Shown: positions 46,410 to 55,066, counted from the first letter of the stretch. The stretch: 63,177 bases of DNA from Minisyncoccota bacterium (GCA_041920275.1 JAYRSE010000008.1:1-63177), one strand, 5' to 3'. Program-made: numbers and translations. The notes: a model not told the origin generated them from the sequence alone.

Positions 46410-47795
46410 ATGCAGCCATCAGATCGAAACGTGCGAAGACGGGAACGTGTGGTGTTGAGAGGGGTGCGTATGCGCCGTGTTCTGCGTGGTCCGTTCGCTA
46501 TTATATTCGCGATGGTGGGTGTCACGATGCTTGCGGGGCTCGCCCTGTATCTCTGGTTCGTATGGCCGCACCTTGAGCCTTCGCGCGTTGAGAAGGTGGC
46601 GACCACGGCTGCGACCTCCGCTCCATTCATTGCGCCGAAGATCGAGCCCCTTGACGAGCCGGTAGCTCCGATCGTGTCGCCGGAACGGGAAGTGCCGATC
46701 CCGACCGAAGAGGAACGTGAGCGGGAGATACGGGAACGCGACGAACCGGCCGAAAAGCCCGTACCGGTGGCACCTGCGCCGCGCGCGGCTCTGACGGGGG
46801 TAGGACTTGCGTTGGGTGAGACGCTTTCCGTTGTGAGCGAGGACGAGCTTAGGAGAAGGCTGGACGACATGGTGTCGCTCGGTGTGTCCTGGATAAGGAT
46901 CGACCTGGCCTGGAGTAGTATCGAGCCGGTCAAGGGGGAGTACCGTTGGGACTCCACCGACCGTGTTGTGCGTGAAGCGCGCGCTCGGGGTATCCGTGTG
47001 CTCGGTCTCCTTACATACACTCCCGCATGGGCGCGCGCGAGCGAGTGCGCGTATACAAAGATGTGTGAACCGGACGATCCCGACGCGTTCGCTCGTTTTG
47101 CCGCGGTTGCCGCAAAACGCTATGCCGCATCGGGTGTGTACCACTGGGAGGTCTGGAATGAGCCGAACCTGAAGCTCTTTTGGGCATCCGGTGCCAGTCC
47201 GGAACGGTATGCGGTACTGCTTGGACGTACCGCGAGCGCGGTCCGTTCGGCGGTCCCCTCCGCATTCATCGTGTCGGGCGGTCTTGCCGCGGTCGCGACA
47301 AGGAACGGTTCCATGGCGGCGAGGGAATATCTGGAGCGGATGTATGATGCGGGTGCGGGCACCTCGTTCGACGCGGTCGGGTACCATCCGTACTCGTACC
47401 CGCTTGCGCCACACTTCTATGCTGCGTCGAGCCCGTGGAGTCAGATGGCGGAGACCGAGTGGAGTATGCGGAGTGTCATGCGGGCGTACGGTGATACTGC
47501 GAAAAAGATATGGATCACCGAGTATGGGGCACCGACGGGAGGCCCGGGTCTTGCTGCAGACACGAGCGTACACGAACTTCCCACTTCGCCCACCCATGTC
47601 ACCGAGGATTTTCAGGCGATCATGCTGCGCGAAGCGTTCGAGGAGAACACCGCCTACGACTTCACCGGTCCGCTCTTTTGGTACAGCTACCGAGATCTGG
47701 GTACGAGCGATGACACGGTCGAGTACCATTTCGGTCTGATTCGGTCCGACGGGACCGCCAAACCCGCATACAAGGTCTTGCGTTCGATGCGTTAG
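46410..47795 (+). CDS. membrane-anchored clan GH-A glycoside hydrolase (GH5/GH39-like)
   Basis: N-terminal TM, a charged E/R/P linker, then a TIM-barrel-like domain with the acid/base motif HWEVWNEPN and a nucleophile region IWITEYGAP. Confidence 0.75.
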   Translation: MQPSDRNVRRRERVVLRGVRMRRVLRGPFAIIFAMVGVTMLAGLALYLWFVWPHLEPSRVEKVATTAATSAPFIAPKIEPLDEPVAPIVSPEREVPIPTEEEREREIRERDEPAEKPVPVAPAPRAALTGVGLALGETLSVVSEDELRRRLDDMVSLGVSWIRIDLAWSSIEPVKGEYRWDSTDRVVREARARGIRVLGLLTYTPAWARASECAYTKMCEPDDPDAFARFAAVAAKRYAASGVYHWEVWNEPNLKLFWASGASPERYAVLLGRTASAVRSAVPSAFIVSGGLAAVATRNGSMAAREYLERMYDAGAGTSFDAVGYHPYSYPLAPHFYAASSPWSQMAETEWSMRSVMRAYGDTAKKIWITEYGAPTGGPGLAADTSVHELPTSPTHVTEDFQAIMLREAFEENTAYDFTGPLFWYSYRDLGTSDDTVEYHFGLIRSDGTAKPAYKVLRSMR

Positions 47796-48290
47796 CGTGT
47801 CGTCTCCTTTGCGAAGGCCGCGGAAAATATCGGACATCCACTGGCAACCGGCATGACCTTGAAATATCGCCCGCAGTCGCGCGAGTTTCTATCGGTCATA
47901 CGGACATCTGTTGACGCCGGTCGCTTCGCGAAGTACGCACAACTAGCGCACTTGTGCGTCCCGTGCGGGAGTACGTACCATGAGCATGGTTCGATCGAGT
48001 GATGCAAGCACAAAAAGGCGACCGAGCGATGTGGATCACCATCACGCACATGCGCCGCGTCGTTTGCTGTGTACAGCTTTTCGGGGTCCGAGACCTGCCA
48101 AAGTCGCGCCGGTCTCGGACCTCGCCAGCTGCGACCATAGGCAGTACGAAGGCATCTCAAAACGCGTGGTGCAGCACGAAACCCATGGGCTATCAACCTC
48201 CAAAAGAAGAAGAATCCTCCTCCCCACCGTAACGAGTGTAGGCGCAGTCGCGCTTTTTGTGCGCGTTTTATCGGCAAATCACAGTACCCT

Positions 48291-49964
48291 ATGAACTTAC
48301 ACAGAATACTTTCTTCTCTCGCGATCGTTGTCTTTGCGGGCAGCGCGATCGTCGCGGGGACCGGCGCGTTCTTCTCGGACACCGAGACGTCGTCGGCGAA
48401 TACCTTTACCTCGGGCGCGATCGACCTTACGGTCGACAGCGAGGCGCATTACAACGGCCATGTGTGTGTGGACGGGTTGTGGCAGCTCGATCAAACCGGC
48501 GGTGCATCAGGAGAGCCGGATTATCCGCGGGTCGGTACGCCGTGCGGTGGCACATGGGCTCGCACCGACCTTGGACCGACCAACAAGTTCTTCGACTACG
48601 GTGACCTGAAGCCGGGCGATCACGGGGAGAACACCATCTCGCTTCATGTAGAGAACAACGACGCATGGGCCTGCGCGTACATAGAGAACGTGGTGAGCGA
48701 CGACAACGGTTTGACCGAGCCGGAGGTGGAAGCGGGTGATGCGGACGATGGAGCGGGCAACGGCGAGCTTGCGGATGAGGTGAACTTCTTTGCGTGGGTT
48801 GATGATGGAGACAACGTATGGGAGCCGACGTCCGGAGAGAACCCTCTCTTCTCAAACATTTCCGGAAATGCCATCACGCGAGCATACCCGCTGCACACAC
48901 CCGCAGGTGGCGTAAGTAACACGCCGATGGCCCCCGGACAGACCCGGTACATCGGTCTGTACTGGTGTTATGGCGCCATTGACACAGCGAACAATGCGCT
49001 TACGTGCAACGGTCAACCCGTATCAAACGTATCGCAGACCGACACGATGACCGCGGATATCACCTTCTACGCGGAGCAGTCGCGAAATAACCCCGACTTC
49101 GTGTGTCCTCCCGCAGAAGATGTCGTACAGGACAACAATGGTGACCGGCGCACTGCGGTTGGTGCGGCTCTCGCGTCGTATGACGCCCCTGCATGCTCGG
49201 TCACGGTGGAGGTCGGCTCATCGATCCAGTCCGCAATTAACGGGGCGGCACCCGGGGCTACGGTTTGTGTGGGTCCGGGCACTCACGAAGACGATGATTA
49301 TCCTCTTCGAGTGAATAAGGATAATATGACGCTCGCGTCTGTCGCAGGTGCCGCAACGACGATCCTGACAGGTGGTGTTGTCGCCGATAACGATGGTGTA
49401 AAAATTGCCGGGTTCACTATCCCGAGTTCGAACGCCCTCGGTGAGACGTTTGGTGTGTACATCAACACGGGTGCAGATGGGGTGCAGGTGATGTATAACG
49501 ATTTGAATGGGCCCGGTGTGACAAGTGGACGCGGTGTGGTCAGTGCAATCGGTGTCACGAGCGCAGTCATCGCACAAAACGAAATTAGAAATTATCTGAC
49601 GGGTGTGTTCCTGAACCCATCGTCTGACATGGTGGTTGAATTGAACGATCTGATTGCAAATGGTGTAGGTTCTGCGAATGATAATCCGACCAACAACATC
49701 GTTCGCAAGAATCAGATCACGGGGAACGCTGTTGAGGGAGTCGGTGTGTTGTCCGTTGGTCCGGAATCCTTAACCGTAACGTCAAACAACATCTTTGGAA
49801 ATGGTCCGGGTGCCGGAGATGAACTTAACAATTACGGACTAGACGCTGTGAGTGCGGAGAACAACTGGTGGGGAGATGCGACCCCTGCTGATGAGATCGG
49901 TGGTGTCGGTGCAGCATTGGTAGACTTTACACCGTTCGAACTCTCGCCATTTGCCCTGAACTAG
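48291..49964 (+). CDS. TasA/camelysin-like protein with SipW-type signal peptide fused to a parallel beta-helix domain
   Basis: The N-terminus MNLHRILSSLAIVVFAGSAIVAGTGAFFSDTETSSANTFTSGAIDL, then DLKPGDHGENTISL and NDAWAC, parallels B. subtilis TasA (GGGTWAAFNDIKS...FASGTLDL...NLKPGD). The C-terminal half has PbH1-like repeats (NEIRNYLTGVFL, NQITGNAVEGVGV, SNNIFGNG). Confidence 0.8.
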   Translation: MNLHRILSSLAIVVFAGSAIVAGTGAFFSDTETSSANTFTSGAIDLTVDSEAHYNGHVCVDGLWQLDQTGGASGEPDYPRVGTPCGGTWARTDLGPTNKFFDYGDLKPGDHGENTISLHVENNDAWACAYIENVVSDDNGLTEPEVEAGDADDGAGNGELADEVNFFAWVDDGDNVWEPTSGENPLFSNISGNAITRAYPLHTPAGGVSNTPMAPGQTRYIGLYWCYGAIDTANNALTCNGQPVSNVSQTDTMTADITFYAEQSRNNPDFVCPPAEDVVQDNNGDRRTAVGAALASYDAPACSVTVEVGSSIQSAINGAAPGATVCVGPGTHEDDDYPLRVNKDNMTLASVAGAATTILTGGVVADNDGVKIAGFTIPSSNALGETFGVYINTGADGVQVMYNDLNGPGVTSGRGVVSAIGVTSAVIAQNEIRNYLTGVFLNPSSDMVVELNDLIANGVGSANDNPTNNIVRKNQITGNAVEGVGVLSVGPESLTVTSNNIFGNGPGAGDELNNYGLDAVSAENNWWGDATPADEIGGVGAALVDFTPFELSPFALN

Positions 49965-49980
49965 TCCTCTCTAGCCGTAT

Positions 49981-50007
49981 CCCTCACATTCCTTGCGAAT
50001 GTGAGGG
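49981..50007 (+). terminator. hairpin after the first TasA-like gene
   Basis: CCCTCACATT-CCTTGCG-AATGTGAGGG forms a 10-bp stem with no clear T-run. Confidence 0.5.
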
Positions 50008-50031
50008 ACGGGCTGGCGGGGAACCGACGGC

Positions 50032-50087
50032 AAAAATACTAGTATTAGTACAGTGATTCTTCAGAAAAAATACTGATATTAATACAG
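50032..50087. repeat. two direct copies of an AT-rich motif related to the 6722 palindrome arm
   Basis: AAAATACTAGTATTAGTACA matches AAAATACCAGTATTAGTACC at 18/20. A second, more diverged copy AAAATACTGATATTAATACA follows. They lie 120-170 bp upstream of the ATG at 50207. Confidence 0.6.
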
Positions 50088-50206
50088 TAATTACTTACCA
50101 CCTCATGCTCCTCGGACGACTCTCTGGTAATGAGGGACACGTGTGGAGCAGAGCATAAGGACGTGTTATTCACCAGGTGCCGGGAAACACCGCAACTATC
50201 GAACGT

Positions 50207-51673
50207 ATGAAAAGCATCACCCACAGCGCGCTCACCCTTGCGACCGCGGCCGCACTCATCGGGGTGGGGGCGACAGGAGCGTTCTTTTCCGACACGGAGA
50301 CTTCCTCCGGCGGCACCTTTGCCGCCGGAGTGATCGACCTTATGGTCGGTAATGAGTCCTACTACAACGGCAATGTCTGCACGGATGTAGATCCCGGTCC
50401 GGGTGAGGACTTCCGGTGGCAAGGCGCTACAGAGTATCCCGAGCCGGACACGCCGTGCGTCGTAAGCTGGGCGGACACCACGAAGTCGCTTGTTGGCAAG
50501 CTCTTTTTCGCTTTTGCCGATCTGAAGCCGGACGACGAGGGTGAGGATACGATCTCGCTTACGGTCGATACCAACGATGCGTGGGCGTGCATGGAGGTAT
50601 CGCTCACCTCGGACGACGACGTGTCATCGGTCGAGCCGGAGCTGGACGCGGGGGATTTGTCTGAGGACACCGAGAACATGTGGGATGGTGAGCTTGCGCG
50701 CGTGCTCCAGTTCATTTGGTGGGCGGACGATGGTGACAATGTGCTCGAGAGCGATGAGTATCCAACCCGCGTCCTTTCGGACGGTGTGCAGACATTGCAC
50801 GACCTTGCCACGTCGACCGGCTCGTTCCAGTTGGCGCTTGCCGATAGTGTCACTAATGTCTGGACCGGCACCGCCGGCCCGCTGCTTGCGGGCGAGACGT
50901 ACCACATCGGCAAGGCGTGGTGCTTTGGGACGCTCACGCCCGCACCGGTTTTGGCGGGGCAGGGTGTAAACCCTTCGGTAGCTTCAGGTATCGCGTGCGA
51001 CGGCACCATGATACCCGATGTGAACAGCATTCAGACCGACGGCACCACGCTCGATGTATCGTTCATCGCTCACCAAGCACGCCATGATAGTGCGTACCGT
51101 TGTCCCGATCCATACGAGCCACCGGTTTCGTGTGAGATCGTGCAGACGTATGCGGATGAGGTGGTGTTTGTCGATCAGGGTTTGCTTCGTGACGGCATTA
51201 ACGCAGTGACGTTGGGGCGAAGTGATACGAACAAGGTACTTGGTGCGCCACAGTCGCTCGGTACACCATATGACGACACTACGAACCCGACCATACTCAA
51301 CGGTTTCTTCTCGCTCGGTTTTCCACTCGGTGGGAATACGGCGGAAATCATACTCTCTTTCAATGACAACTATGTGGTGAACGGACCGGGAATGGACCTG
51401 AAGCTTTGGGAGGTGACCGGAGGTACGAAGTATCCGGAGGAGCGAGTCGATGTGTACGTGGGTAATACGCCTACCGGTCCATGGACGCAGGTTGGGTTTG
51501 GAGTCTCACGTGATGCCGAGGTTGACCTTGGTGCTGTGGTCGCGGCGCGCTACGTGCGCGTCGTGGACGCGAGCTACCTCACCGATTTTCCACTCCCGAC
51601 GTATGCGGATGCCGACGGATTCGACCTCGATGCCGTACAAGCCCTGAACTGTATCGTTTCGCCTGCCCGATGA
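50207..51673 (+). CDS. TasA/camelysin-like protein with SipW-type signal peptide fused to a C-terminal beta-sandwich-like domain
   Basis: MKSITHSALTLATAAALIGVGATGAFFSDTETSSGGTFAAGVIDL, DLKPDDEGEDTISL and NDAWAC make it a clear paralogue of 48291..49964 over the first 200 aa or so. The C-terminal 170 aa or so are distinct (…DLKLWEVTGG…RYVRVVDAS…GFDLDAV). Confidence 0.8.
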   Translation: MKSITHSALTLATAAALIGVGATGAFFSDTETSSGGTFAAGVIDLMVGNESYYNGNVCTDVDPGPGEDFRWQGATEYPEPDTPCVVSWADTTKSLVGKLFFAFADLKPDDEGEDTISLTVDTNDAWACMEVSLTSDDDVSSVEPELDAGDLSEDTENMWDGELARVLQFIWWADDGDNVLESDEYPTRVLSDGVQTLHDLATSTGSFQLALADSVTNVWTGTAGPLLAGETYHIGKAWCFGTLTPAPVLAGQGVNPSVASGIACDGTMIPDVNSIQTDGTTLDVSFIAHQARHDSAYRCPDPYEPPVSCEIVQTYADEVVFVDQGLLRDGINAVTLGRSDTNKVLGAPQSLGTPYDDTTNPTILNGFFSLGFPLGGNTAEIILSFNDNYVVNGPGMDLKLWEVTGGTKYPEERVDVYVGNTPTGPWTQVGFGVSRDAEVDLGAVVAARYVRVVDASYLTDFPLPTYADADGFDLDAVQALNCIVSPAR

Positions 51674-51764
51674 TCGTCGTTCCCCTCTCTCCTTTCAGGA
51701 GGGGGGGGTGGTGGGTCCCGCTCGCACACCTGATCTCCGTACGCTGAAACCCGACACCATTTCC

Positions 51765-52454
51765 ATGAAGCACCTTCGCACCTACGCCAAATACCTGTTG
51801 CTCGTCGAGCTCGCGCTCGTGGCGGTACTTGTGGTCGGTCTGTTGGTGCCACTTCCCGGCAAGGTGGAATTCAAGATAGTGCAGAGTGGCTCGATGGAGC
51901 CCGTGATGCCGGTCGGTAGTATGGTCGCCATTGTGCCACATGCCGAGTATGCGGTGGGGGACATCATCACCTTTGGCGATGACACCAGAACGCGCATTCC
52001 CACTTCGCACCGCGTCGTGGGGATCACCCGTGAGGGCGGTGCGCTGCACTACCTTACCAAGGGAGATGCCAATGAAGAGGCGGACAATGCACCCGTGCCC
52101 CATGGCGCGATCATAGGCGCGGTCGAGCTTGTCGTGCCGCGGTTGGGGTACGTGCTGCACTTTGCGCGTTCCGAGCGCGGGTTCTTCTTGATGGCGGTCG
52201 TTCCCGCCGTGCTCATCATGGTGGACGAGGTGCTCACGATCGCCGCCATACTGCGCAGGAGACGAGGGACCGGTGCGCGACCGAGCGATGTGCGGCATCA
52301 TCATTTTGTTACGCATTCCGACACGCAAGGGCGAGCATCCGACGTGACGAGTCGCGATCGTTCGCAGGTGAAACCACCCGCATCCGCACTGCCGCCGCGT
52401 CGACCGTGTCATGTGTCCGTCGACGGCATGCGTATCGTTCTGCGCTCGGTTTAG
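51765..52454 (+). CDS. sipW: SipW-type (archaeal/ER-type) signal peptidase I with a basic C-terminal tail
   Basis: TM, then IVQSGSMEPVMPVGSMV (catalytic Ser), PTSHRVVGI (His) and YLTKGDANEEAD, followed by a second TM. The tail of about 70 aa is R/H/S-rich. I set the start at the ATG at 51765. Confidence 0.85.
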   Translation: MKHLRTYAKYLLLVELALVAVLVVGLLVPLPGKVEFKIVQSGSMEPVMPVGSMVAIVPHAEYAVGDIITFGDDTRTRIPTSHRVVGITREGGALHYLTKGDANEEADNAPVPHGAIIGAVELVVPRLGYVLHFARSERGFFLMAVVPAVLIMVDEVLTIAAILRRRRGTGARPSDVRHHHFVTHSDTQGRASDVTSRDRSQVKPPASALPPRRPCHVSVDGMRIVLRSV

Positions 52455-52457
52455 ACC

Positions 52458-53621
52458 ATGTTCCCATTCCAACACACGAACCACGTACTCGACCTACGCC
52501 GCAAGCGGCGCACTGCGTTCCGTGCGCTGCGTGGATCGACCCGGTCGCATGGTGACTTGTCGTTCGCGGCGGGCGGCCCCTCGAACAATGAGGGTGGGGT
52601 GGAGTTGTCGAGCGACCCATGTTCGATCGCTCGACCGTCGCGCGAGAGCGAGGCGCCCGGTTTCGCACAGACACTCGTACGACCGTTTGCCCACATGTTC
52701 GCACTCGCGGCGTTCGTCATCGCCGGTGGCTATGTGGTGTATACGCTCGGTCCATCGCTTGCGTACTTTTCTGACACCGAGGGTTCGACCGCGAGTGCCA
52801 TGAGTACCGGTTCGCTCCTGGTCGACGCGCACGGTGGCGGATCCTTCGGACTCTCTTGCAATGATCGCGAGGAGTTGTCCGTTTCCGTGACGCTCGACGG
52901 CACGCGTACGAGTGCCTATGCGATACGTGCCGAATTCGTACCCGGGACCGACAACGGGTTCTGTGAGATGCTGAAGCTCTCAGCCGTGCAGCGCGGGGAG
53001 GAGCGGTATGCGGGTGATCTTCTCGGTTTTTCATTGCATGACGTCACCGATGCGAGCGACTGGAGCTTTACGGTTTCCGCAGACGACCTGTCCGTGCTGC
53101 CGGATGGTGCGATGTGCGGGGTCGCGCTCGTCTTCGAGGCGTACTGTCCCGCATTGGGTTATCTGGGTGGCGGCTTCACCGATCGCGATGCGGTCATGTT
53201 TACGTTCGTCAAAGAGCCGTGCGGCGGGGATGAGCCATGCGATCCCGGATGTTGCGGGAATGTCGATATCACGATCGATCAGACCATCACGAGCATTACC
53301 AACAACACGGTGGTGTCGGGTGCGAACAGCGGGGGCAACACGGTCGTCGGAGGCGGGACGCTGGTTACGGGTGAGAGCGGAAATGTGATAACGATCGACG
53401 GCGGGACACAGAGCAGTGTGGTGGACATCGATGTCGCGTGCGGGTGTGCCGAATGTGACCCGTGTGCAGACGCACAGGTAAGTGCTGAGCCGATTTCCGC
53501 AGCCGGCACGCTCTTTGATGAGACCGGAGAGACCCCCCACGCGGGAACGGCAAGTATGGAAACCTTGATAGGGTCGGTACGTGAAGAGCTCGCCGAGCGC
53601 CTGAATGGAGTGCGGAGGTGA
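52458..53621 (+). CDS. third SipW-signal protein (TapA/TasA-like position) with a Cys-rich, G-x-N-repeat C-terminus
   Basis: A hydrophobic segment is followed by LGPSLAYFSDTEGSTASAMSTGSLLVD, the same AxFSDTE signal-type motif. The C-terminus has CGGDEPCDPGCCG, ITNNTVVSGANSGGNTVVGGGTLVTGESGN and CGCAECDPC. The start is ambiguous: ATG 52458 is 3 nt after the sipW stop, and ATG 52695 is the alternative. Confidence 0.6.
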   Translation: MFPFQHTNHVLDLRRKRRTAFRALRGSTRSHGDLSFAAGGPSNNEGGVELSSDPCSIARPSRESEAPGFAQTLVRPFAHMFALAAFVIAGGYVVYTLGPSLAYFSDTEGSTASAMSTGSLLVDAHGGGSFGLSCNDREELSVSVTLDGTRTSAYAIRAEFVPGTDNGFCEMLKLSAVQRGEERYAGDLLGFSLHDVTDASDWSFTVSADDLSVLPDGAMCGVALVFEAYCPALGYLGGGFTDRDAVMFTFVKEPCGGDEPCDPGCCGNVDITIDQTITSITNNTVVSGANSGGNTVVGGGTLVTGESGNVITIDGGTQSSVVDIDVACGCAECDPCADAQVSAEPISAAGTLFDETGETPHAGTASMETLIGSVREELAERLNGVRR

Positions 53622-53750
53622 TAACTGGAGTGGCGTCCGATACCTGCAGTTCGTGCGCTTCCGGTGACCGTTCGCACCGAACGTTCATGTGCATATGCGA
53701 TACGTTGTGTGCAAAGAAAAGCCGCCGAGATTCGGCGGCGGTAAGCGTGT

Positions 53751-54293
53751 TTACGGATGTTCGTCGAACTTGGGACACGGACGAAGTCCGAAGAACAGAC
53801 CGACGGTGCCGAGGCCGAGCAGGGCCATGTGTCGCAAGACCCCATCGCGATCCAGGCGTCTCCTGGAGGTGTGCATGGTAAGGTCATGTTTGTACACGAC
53901 CTTCTGACGCGCTTTGCGTACTATGGCCATTGCGAGCGCCACATCCTCGAGCATGCACGCACCCCGCGTATCGAAGCCACCGACACGCAAAAATGATGCT
54001 CGCCACACGAACAGGTTCGCGCCGACCGCAGTCGCTCCACGGAACATCGTTCCGAAAAAACGCACAAGGGCGGCATAGACCCGCTGCAGTCGCATGAGGT
54101 GCTTCCGCTCGAAGTCCGCGGGACCGGTCACCATGCCGATGCGAGTATCCTCGATGATCTCATGCGGCGCTATGGGGTTTGTGCGAACACGTGCTCCAGT
54201 GTCTGGCGTACACCCGCTTCTTCGTTCAGTGTGGGAACGACCACTGAGACCCGGATCATGTTCGGATCCCGTTTTGCAGCTTATTTCACACAT
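53751..54293 (-). pseudogene. N-terminally truncated family 2 glycosyltransferase remnant
   Basis: It contains the distal GT2 region (IGMVTGP..., GANLFVWRASFLRVGGFDTRGACMLEDVALAMAI, HTSRRRLDRDG). The first 80-100 aa, including the nucleotide-binding/DxD part, are absent, and the upstream gap to the next gene is only about 80 bp. Confidence 0.5.
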
Positions 54294-54376
54294 TCCCCCT
54301 CAGTTACTCGAATTTCGTCGGCGTATATGCGCCGACAGGCGGTCTTTGAAAATGATGCACGCAGAGTTTCAAAAGT

Positions 54377-54748
54377 CTAGGGCCGACCTTGCTTGAGGCG
54401 TGCGATATCCGCATCAAGTAGTTCGATCGTCTCCTCAACCTCCCTCGAGTACCGCACGTCGCTCTTGCCGCGGTGTGCGTACTGCATCCGTACCTTGTGC
54501 ACTTGTTCCTCGAGATCCATGAGTCGCTGCGCAAAATCAAGATCCCTTTCCACCTTCCTGAAGCGACTGTCTCGATGCATCGCTCTGATCGTGTCCCGAG
54601 AATCCCTTTCAAACTGATCCATAAGCTCGCGACTTGCACTGCCGACACCGCGTTTTGCGGACACCATCATGATGTAGAGATACAGCGCTCCGCCTGCAAT
54701 GAAAAGAGCAAGAAGGCCCGCCAGCACCCAACCAAGGATAGCAAACAT
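54377..54748 (-). CDS. small bitopic coiled-coil membrane protein (hypothetical)
   Basis: 123 aa from the ATG at 54748, with a GGGAGA Shine-Dalgarno sequence upstream. It has an N-terminal TM (MFAILGWVLAGLLALFIAGGALYLYIMMV) and then charged helices. Confidence 0.5.
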   Translation of the reverse strand: MFAILGWVLAGLLALFIAGGALYLYIMMVSAKRGVGSASRELMDQFERDSRDTIRAMHRDSRFRKVERDLDFAQRLMDLEEQVHKVRMQYAHRGKSDVRYSREVEETIELLDADIARLKQGRP

Positions 54749-55027
54749 GGTATATCTCCCAAGGTTATTTTGACCCGAGTACTTTATGGCATGTTTTCCA
54801 TTAAAAGTCAAGTACACTGCGGTGTGCCGGCTCAAACCGCTTGCACACCCTCTCTTGAGAAAAGCCGCAGCGAAAGTAGTGCGTTTGAGCAAGCGACTAA
54901 AGACTCGGGCAACGCTCCCCAAGCGGTCTCTCAAAAACAAAGTTGCTGAAGGGGCGTTTCCGAGATGGGCGAGCAGGTACAGCGGCGACGTGCCGTGAGG
55001 GGAATTACTCACACGAGACAGTATCGG

Positions 55028-55066
55028 AAAAATTGCAGTACCAATACAAGTACTAATATTGTAATT
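55028..55066. repeat. imperfect AT-rich palindrome related to the 6722 motif
   Basis: AAAAATTGCAGTACCAATACAAGTACTAATATTGTAATT shares the TATTAGTAC/GTACTAATA core with the 6722 palindrome. It lies 95-130 bp upstream of the ATG at 55160. Confidence 0.45.

Noticed and set aside
46419-47837. 472-aa ORF antisense to the GH-A hydrolase. Similar long antisense ORFs occur at 16851..17663, 37877..38635, 40447..41298, 42852..43703 and 51579..52484.
   Set aside because: Each is fully nested opposite a gene with recognisable catalytic or family motifs. None shows a recognisable motif of its own.
47792-48382. 196-aa minus-strand ORF upstream of the TasA-like gene.
   Set aside because: Its N-terminal half (…RWGGGFFFFWRLIAHGFRAAPRVLRCLR…) is not protein-like, and it overlaps the 5' end of 48291..49964. 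Only the Cys/His-rich C-terminal part is noted, as a low-priority finding.
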